In this document: piece after piece, positions 12,424-26,042 of the stretch | How the letters are laid out: each line of letters opens with the position of its first letter | How positions within the stretch are numbered: position 1 is the first letter of the stretch | Origin: Amoebidium appalachense | Taxonomy: Eukaryota > Protista > Ichthyosporea | Assembly: GCA_963693365.1 (NCBI GenBank) | Contig: CAVNZM010000017.1 | Span: forward strand, 1,217,989-1,281,988 | DNA: 64,000 bases | Direction: 5' to 3' | The notes under the pieces: model-generated | Told to the model about the DNA's origin: nothing | Databases searched by the model: none | What the model saw: only the letters and a program-made list of their open reading frames with translations | Made by a program: the position numbers and the translations under genes

Positions 12424-15064
12424 TTTATCCTTCTTCTTCTGGAATGCTCGGACACTGGGCCCCCAAAAGGGCCTCCCCCCCGGGACACTCGACGATAAAA
12501 TCAGCTACATACAACAACAGACAAACAACCACACGTTTACAGTGATTTGCGAAACACAGTTTAAAAACCACCACAAATTCAACTCTACATTGGTCGACAC
12601 ATCCACACACCCCGGTTACGCGAAAAACCGAGGCATTATTGTACTTGCCGCACCACACGTGAGAGTGAAGTGCAAACCGGTAGCAAAAACGGAATTCTCG
12701 GTTTCTATAGAGTTTCTTTCTAATGTTTTTACTTTTGTATATTACCCACCATCTATGTCGGTTGTCGAATTGACTCACGAGTTGTCACAGTTACCAATGT
12801 CCACTGTTATTTTAGGTGATTTTAACACGCGACTCCACCACACAGACACACTGCAAGTGAGTGTCGGGTACCCATCTAAGCCCCCGGAGCGTGCTATCCC
12901 TTTAGCAAGGTATGTCCAAAGTCACACTTTGCGGTTCCCTCAAATATCCCATGCCCACAACACCGACTGGGGAGTGGCCTTTTGGCCATCAACCATGTCA
13001 AAACTCTCTCTCCCTCCTAACCTCTCTAGGTCATCTGACCACTCTCCTATCCTTTTCCTACCTAAGATCTCCCTTGATCTGCTCCCCCCTCCCCCTCCCA
13101 CCTTTCGCCTCCGTCTATCCCAGCTTAAGTCACAGTGGGGTAGAGTTGATGTATGTGTATGCTATGCTACGAAACACCCTATATATATGCGCCTATTAGA
13201 ATCTGCACAAGCCAGGCCAGATTCACATCTCGTACTAGATACATGCACTAACTTTATTGTTGATGATTTGATAGATCTCGGTGATTATGCTGGCGGTGGT
13301 AGGAAGGAATATCCCGATGCTCTCTTGTTACCAAACACCACTCCCGCTAGACTAGGTGAACCCCTGTCTCAAAAGGAAAGCTTGCGCCGGCTTGCTAGTA
13401 TGAATCGATTTGGCCCCCCTGCTCGTATTATTGGTGATACCACTGGAGACCCCCTCATAGACTCTGATAAGTATTTCTCGGAACTGTTTAAAGATAGGAC
13501 CCCCGCTCAGAAACCTATTGTGTGGCCTGTAGACCCATCTATCCCCATAGAATCGATCCTCCCCTTTTTCAGTCCCGATGCCATATGGTCTGTGATATCT
13601 AGTTATAGCTCTAGTAAGTCTTGTGGACCTGATGGACTCCCTGCTGGGTTTCTTAAAATCCTTGTTCCCTCCTACCCACAAAAGGAAAGTGATCGTGCTA
13701 TTAAACCTGATCTTACTATCATGTTAAGCTCTCTCTTTTCTTGGTGTGTTAAATGTGGACATGTCCCGTCATCTTGGTTAGATACCTTAGTGATCCCCAT
13801 AGTTAAGAAGGACTCTGAGGGCCCCATATCATCCTTTCGCCCCATTACACTAACCCAGGTTGTTCGTAGATTCTTTGAAGCTTGCTTACTTAGGTTATTT
13901 GCACATCACCATAGGTTTCAATCTATTCTTCACATACACCCATGCCAATCCGCTTTTCGTAAAAACAATTCATGTTATGTTCAAATAATGGCACTGCACG
14001 ATTCTATGCAAGTTGGTGCACAATATGTTGGCTTTATTGATTGGAAAACTGCTTACGATTCTGTCTCCCCTGGTCTCCTATGGGAAAAGCTTGCTGCACG
14101 GGGTGTACCACACTGCATTGGTGTTCTGTTAGAAGCACTCTTGTCTCAAACCTATGGTAGAGCTGTGGTTAATGGGCATCTTTCATATGGTTTTGCTCGT
14201 ACTAGAGGTCTCTTGCAGGGTTCATTGCTTAGCCCCTTTTTGTTTAACCTATTTATAGATGATTTGGCTGTCAAGATTTACGCCGAAAACGATGACCCTA
14301 TTAATAACTTTCCGCCTGCACTTCTCTATGCTGATGATCTGTCCCTCCTTGCCCGTACCCCTAGACGCCTGCAAAGATTGTTCGATGTAGTGTCAGAGTG
14401 GTGCAAGGCAAACCTTATGATCCTTAACATAGACAAATGTGGTGTTCTTGTACCTGATATAGCTAACAATTTACACACATTTACATTATCATCTAAACCT
14501 GTACCTATAGTTCCAGAATACAAATATCTTGGTGTTCCGGTTGATTCTGTTGAACATGTTGTTGGTGTTATGTTTCCCCATATGGTCGAAAAGAGGGTAG
14601 AGTTGGCTCGTAAGCGGTTAGCTTTCTTCTCGGCTAATATTTTTAAAGACACACCCCTCCATCCTTCTATTAGACTTACATTTATTCGCACTTTTGTCTT
14701 CCCGGCATGTGAATATGGTTTACCCCTTCTCGCCGCTTGGATCAAGAAAGAGAGAACTAGAGCGCTTAAACCCTTGGCAAATTTCCTTGAAGCAGAAGTT
14801 GCCTCCTTTCTATCTAACAACTGTTGTAAACCTGGGCCTGTAACGCTCTCGATATATGGTCTGGTCCCAATAGCTGCTAGAGTATCCTATCTCGCGCTGA
14901 AATTCAATAAGCACATAAGCCGCTTAAAGAAGTATTTGCCCTCCCACCCTCTCTTCTCTATCCGACCTGTCCCCTCCTCACCTCTCCCCTCTTTCCTCCC
15001 CTCTCTCTCCCCTTCTCCCCTGGGCACAAATACAAATAAACCCCGCAATAGTGTGTGTGTGTGA
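12416..15064 (+). CDS. LINE ORF2: APE endonuclease + reverse transcriptase
   Basis: WNAR, ICET, YYPP, GDFN, SDH (APE); GPDG, FRPITL, QSAFR, DWKTAYDSV, GLLQGSLLSP, LYADD, KYLG (RT). Confidence 0.95.
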   Translation: MPNLSFFFWNARTLGPQKGLPPGTLDDKISYIQQQTNNHTFTVICETQFKNHHKFNSTLVDTSTHPGYAKNRGIIVLAAPHVRVKCKPVAKTEFSVSIEFLSNVFTFVYYPPSMSVVELTHELSQLPMSTVILGDFNTRLHHTDTLQVSVGYPSKPPERAIPLARYVQSHTLRFPQISHAHNTDWGVAFWPSTMSKLSLPPNLSRSSDHSPILFLPKISLDLLPPPPPTFRLRLSQLKSQWGRVDVCVCYATKHPIYMRLLESAQARPDSHLVLDTCTNFIVDDLIDLGDYAGGGRKEYPDALLLPNTTPARLGEPLSQKESLRRLASMNRFGPPARIIGDTTGDPLIDSDKYFSELFKDRTPAQKPIVWPVDPSIPIESILPFFSPDAIWSVISSYSSSKSCGPDGLPAGFLKILVPSYPQKESDRAIKPDLTIMLSSLFSWCVKCGHVPSSWLDTLVIPIVKKDSEGPISSFRPITLTQVVRRFFEACLLRLFAHHHRFQSILHIHPCQSAFRKNNSCYVQIMALHDSMQVGAQYVGFIDWKTAYDSVSPGLLWEKLAARGVPHCIGVLLEALLSQTYGRAVVNGHLSYGFARTRGLLQGSLLSPFLFNLFIDDLAVKIYAENDDPINNFPPALLYADDLSLLARTPRRLQRLFDVVSEWCKANLMILNIDKCGVLVPDIANNLHTFTLSSKPVPIVPEYKYLGVPVDSVEHVVGVMFPHMVEKRVELARKRLAFFSANIFKDTPLHPSIRLTFIRTFVFPACEYGLPLLAAWIKKERTRALKPLANFLEAEVASFLSNNCCKPGPVTLSIYGLVPIAARVSYLALKFNKHISRLKKYLPSHPLFSIRPVPSSPLPSFLPSLSPSPLGTNTNKPRNSVCV

Positions 15065-15624
15065 CTTTGGACTGCCACTTACTTATTAAACATGTACACA
15101 ATCACAAGATAATCACGCAATATAACAAATGGAAAAAGATACCACACGACACTAGACCCGATGAAAGCATACACCTTGAAAAACTAAGCCTTCTGTCTCG
15201 TTTTATATATACTGACCGCCTCAACCATATTGCCAAATATGGCACTCGCAAGTGTATAACACCTAAATACATATTACCTTCCTGTAGAACTGGTCTTTCT
15301 CTAGCTGATGGTATTATTGATCAATTACCACGCTTTTACTGTACACGTGCTATACAGTGGAGATCTAATAAGTATAAGGTGGCATCATTTGCATGCCCAA
15401 ACAACACACACACACACCAGTTTAACCGGTCATGTATCGCCAAATGTAGTTTGATAGACCACATAATACCGCAACACACACACGTCACATTCACAACAGA
15501 CACCCAGAAAGATAGCCTACCTGTAAATTACAACATCCTTGATTTTATACTAAACACGCGTAACTACGACCTGTTTATTAGATGTATTGATTGGCTTGAG
15601 AAACACATCACTACAAAATTATAG
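15052..15624 (+). CDS. LINE ORF2 C-terminal Cys/His domain in the -1 frame
   Basis: Open from 15052; QWRSN...CPNNTHTHQFNRSCIAKC resembles a LINE C-terminal Zn-binding region; same frame break in copy 2. Confidence 0.75.
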   Translation, partial: CVCVTLDCHLLIKHVHNHKIITQYNKWKKIPHDTRPDESIHLEKLSLLSRFIYTDRLNHIAKYGTRKCITPKYILPSCRTGLSLADGIIDQLPRFYCTRAIQWRSNKYKVASFACPNNTHTHQFNRSCIAKCSLIDHIIPQHTHVTFTTDTQKDSLPVNYNILDFILNTRNYDLFIRCIDWLEKHITTKL

Positions 15625-15628
15625 CGCA

Positions 15629-15709
<81 letters not shown>

Positions 15710-16354
15710 CCAGCTGATACCGAGTGTCCCGAGGGGAGCCCCCTTTAAAAAAAAAAAAAAAAAAAAAACGGGGAACCCCAACTAATTGATTTCTCCTTGT
15801 AGTCTTTATGGTGTCTCGTAGAGAAAGTAAACCCTGATATATAGTCACCACCCGACATCTATGTACGTGATCATGATATACCGCTGAGGGGATATTCCGA
15901 GCAAACCCCCCCCCCCCCATACCTGAGACTGGTTCTCTTTGCCTCGAGTAAACAGCGTAAACCCCTCTCTCTCTCTCTCTCTCTTTCAGCTCTCTCAGTC
16001 TCTCTCTCTCTTCTCTCTCTCACACACACATAGATAGCTCTCTCTCCCCCTCTCTCTCTCACTCATGATGATCACTCTCACTCTGTGAGTCTCTCTCTCT
16101 CTTTCTCTCTCTTTGCTTGTCTAGATCTGGATAGATCTCTCATCCACACTCTTTCTCTCTGCTCTTTCTCAGAGTCTCTCTCCCCGGTCCTCCTCCCCAA
16201 CCAAGGCCCTTATCCCCTTCCCTCCTTCGCTCTCTGCAGCTGTGAGTCTCTCTCTCTCTGCCATAGCTATCATAGCTAGATCTCTCACCTCTTCTCGAGT
16301 CTCTCTTTCTCTCTCTCTCTCCCTCCCCCCCCCCCCCCCCCCCCCCTCTCTCTG

Positions 16355-16394
<40 letters not shown>

Positions 16395-16420
16395 CCCCCC
16401 CCCCCCTCCCTCTCTCCCCT

Positions 16421-16474
<54 letters not shown>

Positions 16475-18028
16475 CTCTCATAGGCTGTCGCTCGCTCTCT
16501 CTTTCTCTCTCTTTTGACGCGCGCGCGCGCACACACACACACATACACACATGCAACGTGCGCATAAACGTGTACACATGCATGTACACGCACGCACGCA
16601 GGCATAATCAGTACGTGTATTACTAAGCACGTGACGCATGCACGCTCGCACGCAAACACGTCCAGTTCCCACACACCGTAACACACACGGACGTTCCCGA
16701 GAACAGTGGGCACAATTGCAAACTGTAACATACCTGAAGTAAACACGCACACACGCCGTACGCCACGGTACGTGCCCGGGAATCCGGGCGGTGTGCCCAC
16801 CCACACCGTCGCATTCATCGGATTCCTGAACATTCTTCGGATTCCTGAGCCGCTGGGCGTTTCGTTGTCAAATCAAATCGTGTGGTTTTGAACCAAATCT
16901 TGAATTTTATCCTTAGGAATTTTGTGTGTGTGGCCTTTTGCAGGGGCTGAATTACGACTCAAAATCGTCGTATTTACGATTAAGCCCAGGGGGTCAAAAC
17001 GAGTAACTATGAGGTGCTGTATTGGTTTTTCGAGTAACGCTATGAGGTGCTGTATTGGTTTTTCGTAGCAGTAAAATAAGTCACATTATTATATTTTGGT
17101 GTGTTTTCATACAAAAATGGGTGTTTTCCAAGGCAAAAGGTAGGCAGGTGGTTATTTTGGCAGTCAAGTGCGGAATATGAAGCCCTGTTTTGGCTGTCGG
17201 GATGAGTAATTGCTAAAGGAATGTAATATTATTTGAAATGGGTTGTCAAATGTAATAATGAAAGGGGTCCATACGAGTCGTAAATGAGACGAACCCCACC
17301 AATTTAGGAATTTTGACAATACGATTAAAACGGGTAGCGCAGCCAAAATCCCACAACCCCTTGTCTTTTGAACCCTGTTTGAACTCTGTTGAACGTGAAA
17401 GAGGAATAGTTGTAGGATACGGTAGCAATAGTACTCAAAGTTTTCTTCTGTGTCTCTTACGACTCATCATTACCACACATACGCTATAGTGAGCTGAACC
17501 TGCATTCAAGTTCATAGGGAGAGTAAATTTGTGAAAGGATGTGAAAGAGAACTAGATGTAAAAGATGTCTCCTACACTTGTTCAAACTCTTTTACCAACA
17601 CAAGCATTTCAGAGCTCATACGATATTTCCTCCGTCTCTTTCTACCATTTTAGTTCTCAGAGGGCCCTTACCAAAAAAGTTGCATAATCAGTATTCAGAA
17701 AACAGTAAAAGATCACTAATATTTGTTGTACAACTCTCAAAGAAACAAAACGAAGGTTACCACTCGCTCTTGAAACCTAGAGAACGTGGCTAAGCTCGTA
17801 CAAGTAACACGGATATTTTGAACTCAAACATGGGTGCTGTGCCCTTTTGCGGCACACAAACACCCTGAAAATCCCTCGTCAGCTAGTTAGAAAGTGCACC
17901 TCAGCCTCGTACGTTCTCCACCATCTTCCTCCAATCTCTCAAATTCATTCAGATAACTATCTATGCATGCGAATGAAAGACCATAGCAAAATTCTAACTT
18001 CTACCCAAAGCATGTTTCATTGTGGAAG

Positions 18029-19210
18029 ATGAATAGCACCAGAAGCAACCCACCTTACTCCTCAGAGGATTACTACAGCGTCGTAACGACCACCAACCCA
18101 TCACACGAACACACACATGAAAAAAACAGTGTTCACACAATAGTAACCAACATCCGCAGCAGCTACAAGCAGCTTCAGAATTACGAAGGGAAATTTGGGC
18201 GAAAATACCTAGCGGTGACCTACACTTCGTTTTTTGTGTTTTTGTGTGTTCTGGGTGCTATGGAAGTAAGTTACCAAGTGCTTTGTCACAATGTAACACA
18301 AATCTCCCCACTTTCCCTGTTAACTTTCGCTGCTGGTCGGTTGGAGGGAAACGTCGCACGTCTAACGGCTGCTATGGAGAGGAAGCCTGTAAATGGCACA
18401 GAACTGGTGGATGCACTCAGGTACGGTTTTATGCATCGATACCCCCTACTCTACCCACTTCTCCCCTCCCCCCCCCCCGCACCCCCTCCACCCCCTCCAC
18501 CCACCCCCCTCCCCTCCTCCCCCCCTTCCCCCCGCCACCACCACCACCACCAACACCAACACCACCACTAACCCGTCGCAGAGTGCGGGCTTCCCAATTC
18601 TTGCACAAAGTCTGCACCGTAATTACCAATCATTTCTTCCCTTTAGTGTTTTTCTTTCTCCCTTTCTTTTCTTCGTGTGTTTATTCGTCCTTTTTTTTTT
18701 GAGGGGGGGGGGGGGGAGGGGGGAGGGAAGGCAGGAGGGGAGGGAGGGGGCGGAGGGGGGGGGAAAGGGGGGAAGTGGGGAGGGGAATGCATGGGTATGT
18801 GTGCACGTGCAACATAGTGTCACGCAACATAAGCAAGAACATACAGACAAAAGCAAGCTTACCCCCCTAGCCTGTCTCAGTGCCCGTGCGTATGCACACA
18901 CCCAAAACATGCATGCCCCTAACACACATCCCTACACACACCATTGTCTTTTACGCCCCTCTCCTCCTCCTCCCTTTCACGTCAACACACACCACCATGC
19001 ACTCAGTGCATACAGATGTACACGGAACCTCGCACACCGCTCACTCGTTCATACACAAGCACTCACCCACTCGCTTCGCGGTCAGCACACCCACGAGCGC
19101 GCGTGCGCGCACACACACACACACACACACAAACACACAAACACACAAATACACACACACACACGCGCGCGCGCGCGCCTGCGCACGAATACACACACAC
19201 AAACACACAC

Positions 19211-19247
<37 letters not shown>

Positions 19248-19429
19248 CACACACACACACACACACACACATACACCTCTTTCTTACGTACATTCCACAC
19301 AAACACACACATAGACACACACACACACACACATCCCCCTCCAGCCCCCACCCCCCTCCCCCCACCCCCCACCCCCCGCCCCACACACACATCCCCCTTC
19401 CCCCCACACACGCATACACATCCCCCTCA

Positions 19430-19469
<40 letters not shown>

Positions 19470-20136
19470 ACCCCCTCCCCCCCCCCTCCCCGTGCCCCTA
19501 ACACCCACACACACCCCACACACACACACAGGGCTGCACAAAAGGCGGCAATCGGATTCAACGAAGTATCAGCAACCATTGCATCACAAGCAAAACACAT
19601 TTTCTACCTCGAATCAATTTACTGCGGCGTATCATTAATTTTTATGCTTGCGACCCTATTGGGTATTTGGCGGTACCGCCATCTTAAAGTCATCAAGTCT
19701 CGTGGGCGCCAATTCTTGATTTATTTTTATGCCTCTGGGGCGGCTTTGCTCGGCACCCTACCACTTTTGATGTACCTATATTATGGACTGGTATGTATAT
19801 CCCCTTGGATTCAAAAATTTCCTGTCAACAGGTGTAATTTATGAGTGAAGGTTCACTGCTTGGTTTAGAAAAAAAAAAAGAAAGAAAAAAAGGGGGGGGG
19901 GGGGGGGGGGGGGGAGGGGGGGGGGGGAGGGGGGGGGGTCCCCAACCAAATAGTATGCGAACGTAGCTAGTTGCAACAATTCCTTGCTCAAAGAAAAAAA
20001 AAAGGCTCCATATCATTATCAGCTCCATATCATTATCACACCCACAGAAATTCACACGCATCCGCACGCAGACACACACACACACACACACACAACTCAC
20101 TAACACACACACACACACACACACTCTCTCTCTCTC

Positions 20137-20202
<66 letters not shown>

Positions 20203-21040
20203 TCTCTCTTTCTTTCTCTCTCACTCTCACTCTCTCTCTCACTTACTCTCTCTTAATCTCCCCCTCCCTTTCCCCTCCCCCTCCCCCCCCCCTCTTTCTC
20301 TCCCCCCCCCCCCCCCCCCCCCCCCCCCCTCTCTCTCTCTCTCTGTGAAGCTTTGAGACACATGCAAGCACACGTTGACTCAGGCAAGCTCATGTACGCA
20401 CGCGCACCCACCTACACACACGTACATACACTTGCACATTCACATTCCCTTATTCAATCACTCATTCACCCACCCGATCCTTGGCCTCACACAAACATAT
20501 CACACATACAAATGCCACCCACTCACTCACTCACTGACGCTCCTCCCCTCCCCCCGCCCCCTCCCCCCTCTTCCTCGTGCCCTTCCCCCGAAAACCACAC
20601 ACACACATACACACACACACACACCACACACACAAACACTCACTCTCTCACTGCCCCGCCCCTTCCCTAACCACACACACACACACGGATACACACTGAT
20701 TTACTCATGCACTCACTCCCTTACCCTCCCCCCCCCCCCTCCCCCCCCCCCCCCCCCCCCCCCCCCCGGCCTCTTGGTGTCTTCTGCCTGCACGCTTTAC
20801 ATTGTTTGATTTTAGATTACCCACTTTTGTGACGTTTTCTTGTTGCTTTTTGTTGTCTCCTCCATATTTCCAACCCTCTAACGCATACATCACCCCCCCC
20901 CCCCCCCCCCCCCCTCCCCTGCCCCCCCAGCCCAACACACACACACGTGTGCGCACGCGCGCACACATGCACACATACACACACACGCACGCGCGCGCCA
21001 TGCACGCGCACACACGCGCGGGCACACACACACACACACA

Positions 21041-21115
<75 letters not shown>

Positions 21116-21704
21116 GTTTTTCACATCACCGGACGCTACAAGCCCTGCCAACGCCAAAGCACTCTACGCCTATCTAACCAAAATGCAAAACGCCGGTTTT
21201 TCAGCAATTGTGATTGGTTATTATCTGTTTTCATCTTTTGTCTGCTCGTTTATTTTTAGGCAAAGAGTCATATACCTTATCTTTGGCGGTACGGTAAAAC
21301 GAAACACGTCGGCAAAATTCTTTGTCCTTTTTCCGATTATGTTTCTGATTACGGCGATCGGGTGCGTTCCCGTCACGTGGTGGCGATTTGTTGATAGGAT
21401 GAACAATAATCACGTTCCGATTGCCTTTTCGGGAAAGTACATCATTCTATTTGGCTATCTGGCTATCTCCACCTACTACACTTACAAAACACGTCATGCC
21501 CATCTGAAGGTTTGCCCCCCCCCCCCCCCCCCCCCCCCCCCAATCTCCTCCTCTCGCTCTCGCTCTGGCTCTCTCTCGCTCTGGCTCTCTCTCTCTCTCC
21601 CCCCCCCCCCCCCCCTCTCTCTCTCTCTCTCTCCCCCCCCCCCTCCCCCCTCCCTGCCCCTGGCCCCCTCACTCGCTCTCTCTCTCTCTGTCTCTCTCTG
21701 TGTG

Positions 21705-21741
<37 letters not shown>

Positions 21742-22396
21742 CCGCCCCTCGCCCTCTTCACTCTCTCGCTCTCCCCTTTCTCCCTTCCCCCACTCTCGTT
21801 CTCACTCTCCTTTCTCCCTCGCTCCCTCCCTCCCTCCCTCCCTCCCTCCCTCCCTCCCTCCCTCCCCCCCTCCATCCCCCCCCCCCCCCCCCCTCTTTCT
21901 TCCCCCCCCCCCCCCCACCTCTGCATGCATAGTTGTTATAACTTCGGCTTTTATGTATTAATCTCTGTGGGTTCTCAGATTCTCTGTTCCCATGGCTACA
22001 ACCCTCTAATTGATACATCCTCCCCTTCCCCCCTTCCCCTCCCCTCCCCCCCCCCCTCCCCCCCCCCCCCTGGCCCCCCCAGTCACTCCTGGGGTTGGGC
22101 ACTGCATATGATGCATACTCTCTTTAATTTACATTCTGTATTAATTAGGCCGTTGTGAATCTGTACTTAGCACTCTATAGCATGTTCTAGAAAAGCCCCT
22201 CCACTAAAGCCCCTCCACTCACGTATGCACGTTCACACACCCGCGCTGTTACAAAGCTTCTGAGTCGCCCAATAGGAAATACTTCCCTCACTCATTTACC
22301 CTCCCCCCCCCCCTCCCCTCCCCCCCGCCCCATTTTCCCTCCGGCATACACGCATCGGCACACATCTACATCCCAAACCCACTCCCCCCGCCCCCC

Positions 22397-22427
<31 letters not shown>

Positions 22428-23009
22428 TACCACACGAGAACCTGTGTACACACACCTACACATACACTTGCACCACATCAGCACACGCGCGCGCACACAC
22501 ACACACACGCATTTTTTATCACACAATCAAAAGCGCACACACAAAACACACAAGCTCACTCATAGACACCCACCAATACCAATACACACATACACACACA
22601 CATCCACCAACCCCCCCCCCCCCCCCCCCCCCCCCCTCAACCTCCCCACGAGTTGTCCGTCATGAATAACTTGTAGCATTCTAACCACCTCCCTCCCCCC
22701 CAACACACACACACACAGTTCTCCGACTTTCACAGTAACATTCGCATGACGGCTGCCTACCTTATCTTCACCCTCGCCCTCCACGTCTCCATGTCGCTCC
22801 ACCCGCTAAGTACTTTTGCATTTGCTACCGGGTGGTCATCTTATGCGCGTCTTACGGTAAATCTATCCGTCCTCGAACTTGTCTCAACGATGGTGACACA
22901 ATCCAAGTTCGAGGAACAGATGCCTGAGCTGACGCGAAGGAGTGTGTCTGTTGGAGTTGTTCCGGTTGGGGAGGTGGAGTGTGTAAGACCTATGGATGGG
23001 GTGACGTAA
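18029..23009 (+). CDS. Multi-pass membrane protein, class C (GABA-B-like) 7TM GPCR-like, 4 exons, ~444 aa
   Basis: Exons 18029-18420, 19532-19790, 21117-21509, 22719-23009 join in phase with GT..AG sites; about 8 hydrophobic helices; [17 protein letters not shown] and KTR....FSD resemble 7tm_3 loop motifs. Confidence 0.8.
20777..20888 (+). mobile_element. Intronic retroposon-like 3' tail (type D), sense orientation, ending at a C run
   Basis: Homologous to the reverse complement of 50615-50722 (GTGTCTTCTGCCTGCACG...CCAACCCTCTAACGCATAC). Confidence 0.75.
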
Positions 23010-23030
23010 CACACCCACACGCATAGACAC

Positions 23031-23116
<86 letters not shown>

Positions 23117-23264
23117 GGAGGAAGAGACAGACAGAGAGGGAGAGAGAGGGAGACACAAACACACGTGCATACACACACCCAAAAACCACAAAGAACACGT
23201 TCACAAAATCGTGCATACGAGCGAACACAGATGCATGTATGTGCAGCTGGCACGTATAGACACA

Positions 23265-23358
<94 letters not shown>

Positions 23359-23412
23359 GAGAGAGGGAGAGAGGGAAAGGGGGAGAGAGAGAGACAGACA
23401 GAGAGAGAGAGT

Positions 23413-23491
<79 letters not shown>

Positions 23492-23931
23492 TTGTACGGG
23501 CACATGCACACACATACACAACATTGATGGATAATTATACAGCTAGTGAAGCTTAAGCATGATTAGATACACCGAAAGAAAACACCAGCACATGGTGAAT
23601 GAGTCATTCAGTGTGAATATTGCATTTGTATTGTTTATGGGGATTGTATATATGGCTGCTATAGGTGAATTAGCTATGTTGTGCCCATATATGGATTTAT
23701 ATCGGTTATATAGAACATACGGTTGATAACTTGTTTGGTCGTTCATATCTGGAAGGTTCCCCTACTCGGTTATTCCTCCTTACCACTCCGCCCATCCAAA
23801 ACTTCCCATCATGAAAAAAATCCCCCCCCCCCCCCCCCCCCCCCTCCCCCCCTCCCCTCCCCTCCCGCTAAACACACAAACACACACTCTCGCTCTCTTT
23901 TCTCCAATCAAATGGTGGTTTACTGTTCGTT

Positions 23932-23965
<34 letters not shown>

Positions 23966-24419
23966 GGATGCTGTGTGATGCATATATGTGGTGTTGTAAA
24001 GGGAGGTCGATACGGTGTATAACTAAGGTCATAAATGGTAGTCATGTTTATTTTATGTGAAGGATGAGAAGTGTTTATTATGGCGAGATGGTTTTTCTTA
24101 TTGTAGGATGCTTGTTTTGTGGTGCATTTGTGAAGTGTGTTTAAACTCATATCGAAACGGTGTATATCCGACCATAAAGTTAGATTAGTAGATTTATCGG
24201 ACCTGAATGATGAGAAACATTTAAATTATAAAACGAAAAAATGGCGAGAAAAAACAGCGAGGTTCTTTCTTGTTTGTTGTTGTATTGTTATGCGTATATC
24301 ATAGGCTTTTAAAATTAAGATGAAAGGGTTCGAGCGCAGGTATTATATGTGGAAGAGGAGAGACCGATGGGGAAGGAGAGGGTTTTTACTTACGCTGAAT
24401 GTGTCTTCCCCCCCCCCCC

Positions 24420-24451
<32 letters not shown>

Positions 24452-24621
24452 TTACCTTGCACTAGTCCCCTCGTATGGTACTCCCCGGTACGCCTTTTCT
24501 TCCGCGAAGTTTAGGATGCACTTTTTTCTCTTTCCAGTGACTCGAATACTAATGGATATATACAGGGCAGTAAGGTACAGGGGTGAGGTCGGGCATGCCC
24601 ATGGAGGCGGTGTACGCGCGT

Positions 24622-24679
<58 letters not shown>

Positions 24680-25642
24680 TCCATGTGTGCTTATATTACT
24701 GGTATATGTACACACTAGAGCCCAACCACATCAGCAGAATCAACTTGTTGTGAGAATTATTCTGTCAAAATAGACTTACTACTGGCAACCGGAGAGGATT
24801 TTTTGCACAAAAAAACAGAATTGTTGTGAAAAAGGAGTGTTTTCCTGCCTTAAGTCGGCAATGCAGAATCGGCAGAGCTAATCTGCTTCGAGATGATTTT
24901 TCTGAGGGGTTGCCCTGCCCGCGACAGGTAAATATATACAAGTCGGTATAAACATATAAACATCATGATATGATAAATGATATAAGTATATACAAATATA
25001 TATCATACCGGTTGCGGAGGACCCCTATTTGTTCTGCTTACAGCTGCAGAAATACCGTTGAATCATTCTTTCGCAGAATAATTCTTCTGCTTTTGCTCAA
25101 TAATCCTGCTTTTTGCAAACTGCCAGTTTTGTACACTGAATCTGCTTTGCTAATAATTTTTTTTTAATGCTAATAATAATATTTTTTTTTTTTTTTCGCC
25201 GAATAATTCAGCTCGGACCAAGTCGATGGTATGAGTATCCCCCCCCCCCCCCCCCCCCCCTCCCCCCCCCCCCCCCCTCCCCCCCCTCCCCCCTCCCCCC
25301 CCCCCCCCCCCCAAAAAAAAAAAAAAAAAAAAAAAAACACCGTGACACATGCACCGCACAATCTCCATCTGGTAATTTTCAAAAGGGGTATTTCTTTTAG
25401 AATTCCAGTTCGGGTAGGTTCCGAAAACGATTTTTGCTCTGTGAGATGGTGAGATGCACACCTCACAGCATTTTGCCCTGACCCGAACGAAAGTGCCCCC
25501 ATCCCGGGACCGGGAATGCCAAACGAGGCCTTACTAATTATAACTTAATCCTCCTAGGATCCATAATATGTTTGTAGGTATTATACCTACTATGAAAAGT
25601 GGAACCTCACCAGACCTTATGTCTCCCCTTCTCCGTCTTCCG

Positions 25643-25797
<155 letters not shown>

Positions 25798-25802
25798 GAG
25801 AG

Positions 25803-25903
<101 letters not shown>

Positions 25904-25925
25904 CACACACACACACACTTTCTCT

Positions 25926-26042
<117 letters not shown>

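Larger units (their letters stand above)
11216..15966 (+). mobile_element. Non-LTR retrotransposon (APE-RT LINE), apparently full-length copy 1, flanked by (CT)n-rich sequence
   Basis: ORF1 + ORF2 (APE + RT) + C-terminal ORF, then (CA)n, an A tract and ~200 bp shared with copy 2. Confidence 0.93.

Noticed and set aside
14967-15082. Antisense GT..AG intron whose removal would restore LINE ORF2
   Set aside because: It could not be spliced from the sense mRNA, and frame restoration has a one-in-three chance.
17000-17064. Short tandem direct repeats (also 9480-9560 and 30492-30556) as CRISPR-like arrays
   Set aside because: Only two units each, no unique spacers, eukaryotic context.
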